A stretch of 64,000 bases of DNA from NCBI RefSeq assembly GCF_046119375.1, contig NW_027362767.1, positions 134,974,001 to 135,038,000 of the forward strand, given 5' to 3'. The translations under genes were made by a program, and so were the position numbers. The notes beneath the pieces are model-generated. The model searched no databases and had not been told where the DNA came from. It saw only the letters and a program-made list of their open reading frames with translations. Origin of the DNA: Phyllobates terribilis (lineage: Eukaryota). Positions 25,456-37,249 of the stretch are shown piece by piece (positions within the stretch are counted from its first letter, which is position 1; every line of letters begins with the position of its first letter).

Positions 25456-28400
25456 GACAGTATCACACAGGACAGGATTAGATACACGGCTCAGCAGACA
25501 GTATCACACAGGACAGGATTAGATACACGGCTCAGCAGACAGTATCACACAGGACAGGATTAGATACACGGCTCAGCAGACAGTATCACACAGGAGAGGA
25601 TTAGATACACAGCTCAACAGACAGTATCACACAGGATAGGATTAGATACACAGCTCAGCAGACAGTATCACACATGATGGGATTAGATACACAGCTCAGC
25701 AGACAGTATCACACATGATGGGATTAGATACACAGCTCAGCAGACAGTATCACACAGGACAGGATTAGATACACGGCTCAGCAGACAGTATCACACAGGA
25801 CAGGATTAGATACACGGCTCAGCAGACAGTATCACACAGGACAGGATTAGATACACAGCTCAGCAGACAGTATCACACAGGATAGGATTAGATACACAGC
25901 TCAGCAGACAGTATCACACAGGATAGGCTTAGATACACAGCTCAGCAGACAGTATCACACAGGGTAGGATTAGATACATGGCTCAGCAGACAGTATCACA
26001 CAGGGTAGGATTAGATACACAGCTCAGCAGACAGTATCACACAGGATAGGATTAGATACACGGCTCAGCAGACAGTATTAAACAGGACAGGATTAGATAC
26101 ACAGCTCAGCAGACAGTATTAAACAGGACAGGATTAGATACACAGCTCAGCAGACAGTATCACACAGGACAGGATTAGATACACGGCTCAGCAGACAGTA
26201 TCACACAGGACTGGATTAGATACACAGCTCAGCAGACAGTATCACACAGGATAGGATTAGATACACTGCTCAGCAGACAGTATCACACAGGACGGGATTA
26301 AATACACTGCTCAGCAGACAGTATCACACAGGACAGGATTAGATACACTGCTCAGCAGACAGTATCACACAGGACGGGATTAAATACACTGCTCAGCAGA
26401 CAGTATCACACAGGACAGGATTAGATACACTGCTCAGCAGACAGTATCACACAGGACAGGATTAGATACACTGCTCAGCAGACAGTATCACACAGGACGG
26501 GATTAGATACACTGCTCAGCAGACAGTATCACACAGGACAGGATTAGATACACTGCTCAGCAGACAGTATCACACAGGACGGGATTAGATACACTGCTCA
26601 GCAGACAGTATCACACGGGACAGGATTAGATACACTGCTCAGCAGACAGTATCACACAGGACAGGATTAGATACACTGCTCAGCAGACAGTATCACACAG
26701 GACGGGATTAAATACACTGCTCAGCAGACAGTATCACACAGGATAGGATTAGATACACTGCTCAGCAGACAGTATCACACAGGACGGGATTAAATACACT
26801 GCTCAGCAGACAGTATCACACAGGACAGGATTAGATACACTGCTCAGCAGACAGTATCACACAGGACAGGATTAGATACACTGCTCAGCAGACAGTATCA
26901 CACAGGACAGGATTAGATACACTGCTCAGCAGACAGTATCACACAGGACAGGATTAGATACACTGCTCAGCAGACAGTATCACACAGGACGGGATTAGAT
27001 ACACTGCTCAGCAGACAGTATCACACGGGACAGGATTAGATACACTGCTCAGCAGACAGTATCACACAGGACAGGATTAGATACACAGCTCAGCAGACAG
27101 TATCACACGGGACAGGATTAGATACACTGCTCAGCAGACAGTATCACACAGGACAGGATTAGATACACAGCTCAGCAGACAGTATCACACGGGACAGGAT
27201 TAGATACACTGCTCAGCAGACAGTATCACACAGGACGGGATTAGATACACTGCTCAGCAGACAGTATCACACGGGACAGGATTAGATACACTGCTCAGCA
27301 GACAGTATCACACAGGATAGGATTAGATACACTGCTCAGCAGACAGTATCACACAGGACGGGATTAAATACACTGCTCAGCAGACAGTATCACACAGGAT
27401 AGGATTAGATACACTGCTCAGCAGACAGTATCACACAGGACGGGATTAAATACACTGCTCAGCAGACAGTATCACACAGGACAGGATTAGATACACTGCT
27501 CAGCAGACAGTATCACACAGGACAGGATTAGATACACTGCTCAGCAGACAGTATCACACAGGACAGGATTAGATACACTGCTCAGCAGACAGTATCACAC
27601 AGGACAGGATTAGATACACTGCTCAGCAGACAGTATCACACAGGACAGGATTAGATACACTGCTCAGCAGACAGTATCACACAGGACGGGATTAGATACA
27701 CTGCTCAGCAGACAGTATCACACGGGACAGGATTAGATACACTGCTCAGCAGACAGTATCACACAGGACAGGATTAGATACACTGCTCAGCAGACAGTAT
27801 CACACAGGACAGGATTAGATACACAGCTCAGCAGACAGTATCACACAGGACAGGATTAAATACACAGCTCAGCAGACAGTATCACACAGGATAGGATTAG
27901 ATACACATCTCAACAGACAGTATCACACAGGACAGGATTAGATACACAGCTCAGCAGACAGTATCACACAGGACAGGATTAGATACACAACTCAGCAGAC
28001 AGTATCACACAGGACAGGATTAGATACACAGCTCAGCAGACAGTATCACACAGGACAGGATTAAATACACAGCTCAGCAGACAGTATCACACAGGATAGG
28101 ATTAGATACACATCTCAACAGACAGTATCACACAGGACAGGATTAGATACACAGCTCAGCAGACAGTATCACACAGGACAGGATTAGATACACAGCTCAG
28201 CAGACAGTATCACACAGGACAGGATTAGATACACGGTTCAGCAGACAGTATCACACAGGATAGGATTAGATACACGGCTCAGCACACAGTATCACACAGC
28301 ATAGGATTAGATACACGGCTCAGCACACAGTATCACACAGCATAGGATTAGATACACAGCTCAGCAGACAGTATCACACAGGACAGGATTAGATACACAG

Positions 28401-29361
28401 TTCAGCAGACAGTATCACACAGGACAGGATTAGATACACAGCTCAGCAGACAGTATCACACAGGACAGGATTAGATACACAACTCAGCAGCCAGTATCAC
28501 AGGATAGGATTAGATACACAGCTCAGCAGACAGTATCACACAGGAAAGGATTAGATACACAACTCAGCAGACAGTATCACACAGGACAGGATTAGATACA
28601 CAACTCAGCAGACAGTATCACACAAGACAGGATTAGATTCACAACTCAGCAGACAGTATCACAGGATAGGATTAGATACACAGCTCAGCAGACACTATCA
28701 CACAGGATAGAATTAGATACACAACTCAGCAGCCAGTATCACAGGATAGGATTAGATACACAGCTCAGCAGACAGTATCACACAGGAGATGATTAGATAC
28801 ACAGCTCAGCAGACAGTATCACACAGGAGATGATTAGATACACAGCTCAGCAGACAGTATCACACAGGATAGGATTAGATACACGGCTCAGCAGACAGTA
28901 TCACATAGGAGATGATTAGATACACTGCTCAGCAGACAGTATCACACAGGAGATGATTAGATACACTGCTCAGCAGTCAGTATCACAGCACAGGATTAGA
29001 TACACAGCTCAGCAGACAGTATCACACGGGACAGGATTAGATACACAACTCAGCAGACAGTATCACACAAGACAGGATTAGATTCACAACTCAGCAGACA
29101 GTATCACACAGGAGAGGATTAGATACACAGCTCAGCAGACAGTATCACACAGGATAGGATTAGATACACAGCTCAGCAGACAGTATCACAGGATAGGATT
29201 AGATACACAGCTCAGCAGACACTATCACACAGGATAGGATTTGATACACAACTCAGCAGCCAGTATCACAGGATAGGATTAGATACACAGCTCAGCAGAC
29301 AGTATCACACAGGACAGGATTAGATACACAGCTCAGAAGTCAGTATCACACAGAATGGGAT
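25456..29361. repeat. 41-bp minisatellite ACAGGACAGGATTAGATACAC(A/G/T)GCTCAGCAGACAGTATCAC, ~95 copies; two further units at 31012-31090
   Basis: Direct reading (period 41, e.g. 25501 to 25542); array resumes after the Tc1 at 31012. Confidence 0.97.
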
Positions 29362-29363
29362 TA

Positions 29364-31011
29364 CAGTTCGGTCCATATATATTTGGACAGAGACAACATT
29401 TTTCTAGTTTTGGTTCTAGACATTACCACAATGAATTTTAAACAGAACAGTTCAGATGCAGTTGAAGTTCAGACTTTCAGCTTTCATTTGAGGGTATCCA
29501 CATTAAAATTGGATGAAGGGTTTAGGAGTTTCAGCTCCTTAACATGTGCCACCCTGTTTTTAAAGGGACCAAAAGTAATTGGACAATTGACTCCAAGGCT
29601 ATTTCATGGACAGGTGTGTGCAATCCCTTTGTTATGTCATTGTCAGTTAAGCAGATAAAAGGCCTGGAGTTGATTTGAGGTGTGGTGCTTGCATTTGGAA
29701 GGTTTTGCTGTGAAGTAAACATGCGGTCAAAGGAGCTCTCCATGCAGGTGAAACAAGCCATCCTTAAGCTGCAAAAACAGAAAAAACCCATCCGAGAAAT
29801 TGCTACAATATTAGGAGTGGCAAAATCTACAGTTTGGTACATCCTGAGAAAGAAAGAAGGCACTGGTGAACTCATCAATGCAAAAAGACCTGGGTGTCCA
29901 CGGAAGACAACCGTGGTGGATGATCGCGGAGTCATCTCCATGGTGAAGAGAAACCCCTTCACAACGGCCAACCAAGTGACCACCACTCTCCAGGAGGTAG
30001 GCGTATCAATATCCAAATCTACCATAAAGAGAAGACTGCATGAAAGTAAATACAGAGGGTTGACTGCACGGTGCAAGCCACTCATAAGCATCAAGAAGAA
30101 AAAGGCTAGACTGGACTTTGCTAAAAAAACATCTAAAAAAGCCAGCACAGTTCAGGAAGAACATTCTTTGGACAGATGAAACCAAGATCAACCTCTACCA
30201 GAATGATGGAAAGAGAAAAGTATGGCGAAGGCGTGGTACAGCTCATGATCCAAAGCATACCACATCATCTGTAAAACACGGCGGAGGCAGTGTGATGGCT
30301 TGGGCATGCATGGCTGCCAGGGTACTGGGTCACTAGTGTTTATTGATGATGTGACACAGGACAGAAGCAGCCGAATAAATTCTGATGTATTCAGAGCCAT
30401 ACTGTGTGCTCAGATCCAGCCAAATGCAGCCAAACTGATTGGTCGTCGTTTCATACTACAGATGGACAATGACCCAAAACATAAAGCCAAAGCAACCCAG
30501 GCGTTTATTAAAGCAAAGAAGTGGAATATTCTTGAATGGCCAAGTCAGTCACCTGATCTCAACCCAATTGAGCATGCATTTCACTTGTTAAAGACTAAAC
30601 TTCAGACAGAAAGGCCCACAAACAAACAGCAACTGAAAACCACCGCAGTGAAGGCCTGGCAGAGCATCAAAAAGGAGGAAACACAGCGTCTGGTGATGTC
30701 CATGAGTTCAAGACTTCAGGCAGTCATTGCCAACAAAGGGTTTTCAACCAAGTACTAGAAATGAACATTTTATTTACAATTATTTAATCTGTCCAATTAC
30801 TTTTGGTTCATTTAAAAACAGGGTGGCACATGTTAAGGAGCAGAAACTCCTAAACCCTTCATCCAATTTTAATGTGGATACCCTCAAATGAAAGCTGAAA
30901 GTCTGAACTTCAACTGCATCTGAATTGTTTTGTTTAAAATTCATTGTGGTAATGTCTAGAACCTAAATTAGAAAAATGTTGTCTCTGTCCAAATATATAT
31001 GGACCTAACTG
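29364..31011 (+). mobile_element. Full-length Tc1 (DD34E) transposon, 1648 bp, TA TSD; transposase 29721-30758 broken by two frameshifts
   Basis: TA|CAGTTCGGTCCATATATATTTGG ... CCAAATATATATGGACCTAACTG|TA with ~220-bp TIRs. WTDE, MDND and SPDLNPIE motifs with 34 aa D-E spacing. +1 A in the A7 run at 30123-30129 and a 1-nt deletion near 30320. Confidence 0.97.
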
Positions 31012-31271
31012 TAGATACACAGCTCAGCGGACAACATCACACAGGATAGGATTAGATACAGGGCTTAGCAGACAGTATTACACAGGACAGATATTGGGGC
31101 ATCAGAGCCGGCAATCTACGTCCACAGTAATGTGGCAGGTACATACAGAGGTGGTACTACCCCCATCAACCTCCTGCCCTCCCCTGTACCAGGCTCAGGT
31201 GTTTGTGCCTCCCATAGGATGGTGATAAAGCATCAGAGTGATGGGACAGTATATAGGTTCTCGCCATCATT

Positions 31272-31862
31272 TCCCTGTGGGGGGCGCTGCACTTGTAGTT
31301 TGGTCTTTTCCCTGTGGGGGCGCTGCGCTCGTGGTTTGGTCTTTTCCCTGTGGGAGCGCTGCGCTCGTGGTTTGGTCTTTTCCCTGTGGGGGCGCTGCGC
31401 TCGTGGTTTGGTCTTTTCCCTGTGGGGGCGCTGCGCTCGTGGTTTGGTCTTTTCCCTGTGGGGGCGCTGCGCTCGTGGTTTGGTCTTTTCCCTGTGGGGG
31501 CGCTGCGCTCGTGGTTTGGTCTTTTCCCTGTGGGGGCGCTGCGCTCGTGGTTTGGTCTTTTCCCTGTGGGGGCGCTGCGCTCGTGGTTTGGTCTTTTCTC
31601 TGTGGGGGCGCTGCGCTCGTGGTTTGGTCTTTTCCCTGTGGGGGCGCTGCGCTCGTGGTTTGGTCTTTTCCCTGTGGGGGCGCTGCGCTCGTGGTTTGGT
31701 CTTTTCCCTGTGGGGGCGCTGCGCTCGTGGTTTGGTCTTTTCCCTGTGGGGGCGCTGCGCTCGTGGTTTGGTCTTTTCTCTGTGGGGGCGCTGCGCTCGT
31801 GGTTTGGTCTTTTCCCTGTGGGGGCGCTGCGCTCGTGGTTTGGTAGTCTTTTGTCTGTGGGG
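31272..31862. repeat. 36-bp GC-rich VNTR GGTTTGGTCTTTTCCCTGTGGGGGCGCTGCGCTCGT, ~16 copies, upstream of creb3l4
   Basis: Direct reading; near-perfect copies; explains the ORFs at 31132-32192. Confidence 0.97.
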
Positions 31863-32553
31863 CGCTGCCCCTAGTGGCCACAACAACGTAAGAGATGGCC
31901 AAACAGGGAGTAGCTTTCGGTGGAGGTTCTGGAGCCTCAGCTGCAGTCTCAGGAGGACACTCCTGCTCCCTGTGGACAGTGGTGCGGCCGTTCCTCCCAC
32001 TGGTGGATGATTTGCAGGGGCGCGGGCCCTACAGAGCAGGCAGGGTCTTCCTGGCTGTGTACACCTCAGCACACTCCACCTGCAGACTGTGCTGCTCTTG
32101 CTGAGGGACACACCTGTGTAATCTCGGTCACCATTTCCAGCCTGTGCGACAGGTGCAAGGGGAGGCCCACACCCAGGAAACCTGCTGAACAACAGCTCCG
32201 GTCCCCTTTAAGGAGGAGGGTGCTACCTGGCCGCCCCATCCAGGATGTGCAGATCCTGGAAGCGTGCAGTCTGACCAGAGCAGGCTCAGGGTAAGCAGGT
32301 GGCCCCTGCTGGGGAGGGGGATGTGCGGGGTGGCTGGGGGGCTCAAACTGCAAAACTCAGTCCTATAGGGAGGATTGGGGTTGTTTTCAGACCACCAAAC
32401 CTCCATCCAGGTTCAGCCTCCTGCCAGCAGTGTTGGCTGATCCAGGCTGTACCCCTATAGTTGTGAATGTTGGGGGGGATACGTTACCTGACGTTACACC
32501 TATATTGACCGTGTCTTCATAGGAATAGTACTGCACCTCCCTTCCCTCATACG

Positions 32554-35500
32554 ATGGACTCTTCCAGACCGGACCTCTTACTTGGGTGCATATTCGAGCC
32601 GCAGGACAATCTATTCCCTTCCGAGGGGTTCCCAGGGACGGACGCAGTAACTTTCCCGCTACCCGAACCCCAGGGATTTCCAGGTGACAAGCTGTATGAA
32701 GAATGGCCGGTCAGTGGACGGGCGGTAAGTTCTGTTGTTTTTGCTGGTGTTGTTTCCACCAGGTGGCGCTGCGATCAGACGGACGTTAGTATATACAGAG
32801 GCTGGGGTATCCCGTCCCGCATTGCATGCACTTATTTATAGCGGGGCGGGTCATTGCTGACTATATTTGGGGGGGGTTACATAACTTTTCCAGATGAGTG
32901 GCTGCTGAGACTTGTACTTCCACAGCCGCTCACATCCTGTTAGCCGTTGGGATTACGGACCTTCAATCAGACATGATTACATGTTTGCTCTTAATGCCCT
33001 CAATCCATGGGCAAATATTTGCTTTGGACTAGAATCGCAGCCACGTGGGCGGACGGTCAGACTGATCGCGCGTGGCCGCTGCTTTAGGGTCCCGCTCCGG
33101 GATTTAATCTTAATCACCTCTGATTTTTAGGGTCTCAGCGACAGAGAAGATCCCGATGAATTTCTACAGATGATGATCAACCCCAACGATGTTTACAGCA
33201 CGGAGGCGGCAGCCAGCGAGTCCCCCGAGAGCGACAGCGGCTTCTCTGATGACCCCCGACCCGACACCCCTTCGACATGTGAGGGGGGCACCACACTGCC
33301 GCAGCCCACCCCAATCTATGAGCTGGTGTACAACATCGGGGCTGCGGGAGAGCAGAAAGCGGCCGGAGACATGAGCAGCGTCATATCTATACAGCTGGGT
33401 ACGTCAGGAGCGGTCATAGCACCCCCAAATAACCAACCCCCACAACACTGCTCTCCATGGATCGTGCAGCTGAGTGCACTCTAATGCTTCCTGTTATCAG
33501 CTGTTTTCTGGGAGTTTTAGTGGGATGAGTGCCTCTGGCTTCTAAGGGGTGAGACAGCCGGGATCGGAGCGATCTCCAGTCCTGGTCATTACTGCTCCTG
33601 TGTCGTGTATGGGGGAAGCGGGGAGTATGTGTCGCTCATAAAGTACATGAGTCTCATTATGGGCTTCATTCTGCGCTTCCCCTGGTGGATCCAAACTGTT
33701 CCTGCGGCCAAGTCTCCTGCCTGGCTTTATCCTGGACTATTGCCCTTGGATGCAGCAGGTATCTGCTGGGACCTGTGGTGCCCGCTTCTTATGCTATGGC
33801 CCTTTGTGTCTTCCAGCAGAGGACTGGCACACCCCTGTGCTCATACCTGACAGCTGTATAGTCAGCGAGCTCTCCGGCCTCCGCAAGCCTGTGACGTTTC
33901 CCGGCCGAGGCAGCACTCCAGACCTGCTCTCTATGGAGTCTCTGGTAAGAGGTCACTGCATTGTACCCATTCCTCTGCCATTATCTCTGGTACCCGCTGA
34001 TATGTCTGCGTCCGCAGTATCCGGAGCTTCACCTGACCGATGAGGAGAAAAGGCTGCTGTCACAGGAGGGCATTGCGCTGCCAAACAACCTGCCGCTCAC
34101 TAAGGTACACAGCACAGCACTGCCATTTATAGACTTAAGAACCACTGACGACCACAGGGTGGCACGCTATCATTATATGTCATCGCCGATCAGAACTGTA
34201 GTACCACTGATGACCACCAAGTGGCATGCTGTCCTTGCATGTGATTTATACCATTACCCCTATCCTAGCTGTAATACCACTGATGACCCACCAGGTGGTC
34301 CGCTGTCCTTGCATGTGATTTATACCATTACCCCTATCCTGGCTGTAATACCACTGATTACCACCAGATGGCATGCTGTCCCTGCATGTAATTTATACCA
34401 TTACCCCTATCCAGACTGTAATGCCATAGATGACCACCAGGTGGTCTGCTGTCCTTACATGTAATTAGTACATTACCCCTATGCAGCACCACTGATGACC
34501 ACATGGTGGCATGCTGTCCTCACATGTGATCAAGACTGAAGTGTCACTGATCACGACCAGATGGTACATTGTCATTACATGTAATCTCCGATCAGGACTG
34601 AATTACCACGGCTGGCCACGAGGTGGCACGCTGTCCTTGCATGTAATCCCCGATCATGCCTGTAGTACCGCTGATGACCACGCTGTCCTTACATATGACG
34701 GTAGTACCACTGATGACCACCAGGTGGCACGTTATCCTGCCCCCCTCTGGAGCAGTATATCTGGACTTTAGTGCAGGATTCATCGTGCTTCTTATTGTCT
34801 TTTCAGGCAGAGGAACGAATTCTTAAGAAAGTCCGGAGGAAGATCAGGAATAAGCAGTCGGCGCAGGACAGCAGGAGGCGCAAGAAGGAATATATTGATG
34901 GTCTGGAGAGCAGGTGGGAGCTGGATCCTCTAAGCTCACAGCGCCCCCTGCTGTGTGTGGTGGGTACTATAATGTAAGCGCTGTCTCTTTCATCAGAGTT
35001 ACTGCCTGTTCTGTACAGAATCAGGAGCTTCATAAAAAGGTTCTGGAGCTGGAAAAGCACAACATGTGAGTGCACCAGGGGCCAGTCAGAGGGGTGGAGC
35101 CAGTCAGGGGGCGGGGCCAGGATGACAGCAGGAAATCACTCCAATCATCTGATTTCTCCCAGATCACTGATCACACAGCTCCGCAAACTGCAGACTCTGA
35201 TCAAGCAGACGGCAAACAAAGCCGCCCAGACGGGCACCTGCGTCCTGGTAAGTCCTGGCCGAAGGGCAGCACTGGCATCCTGCCTGCGGCCCCCACGCAT
35301 CCCCCTGAGCTGACCCTCTCTTACAGATTCTCTTCTTCTCCCTGGGGTTACTGATCTACCCTAACTACCACCCGCTACGCGCCGGAGACCCCCCGAAGGA
35401 TGGGGCCACTTACATGCCGACTGGAGGTAAGGGAGGGGTGCACTTCCCCTTTAAGGTGCCCTGGTGGGTTTGTGGGGTTCCCCCTTACAGAGTGCTGACC

Positions 35501-35767
35501 GTGTTTTCTGCTGCAGTGATCTCTAGGAATATTCTGAATAAAGATGGATTTGTGGAGAGCACCGACACTGCGCTAGCAGAAGCCTCACCTGCCAATCTGC
35601 AGGACAAGAGGGCGGCGCCGGAGGTCAGGACTCTGGACCCTCCTGATCAGGAGCAGATGAGGTTGGAGGTCTCTTTGGACAGAATCCCTCCTGTCCCCTC
35701 CAAAGAGACTCAAGAGAGCGCTGCCGTGAGGGACGGTGCTAAGATGGGGAGGATGGATGAGATGTGA
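32554..35767 (+). CDS. creb3l4: CREB3-like protein 4 (ER-membrane bZIP transcription factor), ~420 aa, 9 coding exons
   Basis: Exons: 32554-32724, 33131-33398, 33820(or 33817)-33944, 34018-34104, 34807-34913, 34997-35065, 35163-35247, 35327-35426, 35517-35767; all GT-AG with consistent phases. Motifs: [30 protein letters not shown], b[55 protein letters not shown]1P site SRNIL, C-terminal DEM, as in human CREB3L4. A putative 5' UTR intron lies at 32291-32522. Confidence 0.93.
32756..32771 (+). promoter_or_regulatory. CTCF consensus site in creb3l4 coding intron 1
   Basis: CCACCAGGTGGCGCTG matches the CTCF core CCASYAGRKGGCRS exactly; binding not shown. Confidence 0.6.
34130..34745 (+). repeat. 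Degenerate intronic tandem repeat (ACCACTGATGACCACCAGGTGGCACGCTGTCCTTGCATGT...) in creb3l4 intron 4
   Basis: About 8-9 diverged 60-75-bp units visible by eye. Confidence 0.85.
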
Positions 35768-36139
35768 GCACTCTGCTGCCACACAGAATCCCACTAGTGA
35801 CAATCCCACTGACTGAGAGTGGAGACGTCACACGTAGACTGGTGCAAGGATAAGAGGGGGCTGCGAGCACCTCTGTAGACCCTATGTGGCAATGATCGGG
35901 GTGGTCCGGATCCAAAGAAGCCTCACAAGTGGCAAAACAAGGCAGAGATGGTACAGGACCTGAGACTGCATCCTTAGTGATGTCATCACCAGGGGGCGGA
36001 GCTGACCTCTCACACTATTTCCAGGCTGCTTGTCAGTATACGGTGTATGGTGCCACCCTCTATCCCCTCCCCCTCTCGCTGTACAATATGTATCTGTGTA
36101 TAATAACCTCCGGGGATTACCAGATTTGTAAAACATTAT

Positions 36140-36145
36140 AATAAA
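36140..36145 (+). terminator. Putative polyadenylation signal of creb3l4
   Basis: AATAAA ~370 nt after the stop codon, followed by a T/GT-rich stretch. Confidence 0.55.
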
Positions 36146-36423
36146 GTAATATTTAGTTTGTATGTTTCCGGCTGTGGGCGAGTACTCAAGGTGTCACCCC
36201 GTGGGGCGAGCTGTGTCATGTGACGCATGTATGGTTTTCACTGTGTCGACATAGGTGGTGGCGGAGCATACTACATATGAAGAGGGAAAGGTTCTGCTCC
36301 ACCTTCATCCATATAAGTCATGCCCACAATAAGGGCCCCTCCCACATGACTTATAGGACTCTAGTGACAGATGCCGCAGCAAGGTTTACTCTTCATGGCT
36401 ATCCTCCTGACGGTGGACTCATT

Positions 36424-36645
36424 ACTAGAGATGAGCGAACCGAACTGTAAAGTTCAGGGTTTGTATCAGACACCTAGTGTCCAGGGCTGAACTCCGCACA
36501 TGGACTTCTCCTGGAAATCCGTTTTACAGTCCGGGAGAGAGAGTGTGTGTGTGTGTTCAGGTATATTTTTGGTAACCGAATCGAACTTTAGACTAAAGTT
36601 CGGTCAGGTGCCAGAACCCGAACTTCCACGGGTCCGCTCACCCCG
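36424..36645. mobile_element. Degenerate MITE-like fragment with TAGAGATGAGCGAAC terminus
   Basis: TAGAGATGAGCGAACCGAAC at 36425 and degenerate inverse GGTCCGCTCACCCC near 36630; a similar terminus is at ~15785. Confidence 0.45.
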
Positions 36646-37197
36646 ACTCATTACCATTAGCTAATGTGAGAGCAGCCTTTAGTTGCTTGGAGGTGACCTT
36701 GAGTTCCTTTTGTGACATGAGATGATCCTTATTGGCCGACGGCTCCTGAATGTCCTACATGTGAGGACAATCACGCTGATGAGGGAGATAAAAATCCTTT
36801 AGAGAAAATTTTGTAAACTTTTCCACCATCAATAACTCTTCTGAGATTCAGAAACTTTTTCTGCCATGATACAGCACAAATGTTGAACTGTGATACATCT
36901 TGTTCTTTATATAAACAGGTCACTCACTCACCAAATTGTCCACCCATTGATAGAAAACTCCTCACTGTTCTGTCACCTTTAAATGATCTGCTCATCCTAA
37001 AGGTTCACATACTTTAGCATTCACAGACATCTGGATCATAGTAACAACCCCTCAGCACAATGCGGGGGCTTGTAAAAAAAAAAAAAAAAAAAAAAGAGGG
37101 TTGGATTTTTCATCTCTGTTCCTCTCGTCTCAGTCGCTGATCAGTATCAGAAATCAGAAGGGGCGAGCGTTTCTCTAGATTTGGGGGAGGGAGGACG

Positions 37198-37207
37198 TAT
37201 ATATAAG
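37198..37207 (+). promoter_or_regulatory. TATA box of CART paralog A
   Basis: TATATATAAG ~45 nt upstream of a strong-Kozak ATG (GCCATGG). Confidence 0.7.
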
Positions 37208-37249
37208 TCCTGAGCCACAGCCGTCACATTACACCCTGCACAGCCAGCC

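Noticed and set aside
24365-29361. CRISPR-like appearance of 31- and 41-bp repeats
   Set aside because: Head-to-tail tandem units without unique spacers, in eukaryotic DNA, with no cas genes.
31863-31879. CTCF site GCTGCCCCTAGTGGCC
   Set aside because: One base short of the core spacing (CCACTAGGGGCAG).
31132-32192. ORFs of 186-319 aa
   Set aside because: Translations of the 36-bp VNTR (multiple of 3).
37074-37095. A22 run as a retroposon tail
   Set aside because: No recognisable SINE/LINE body or TSD upstream.
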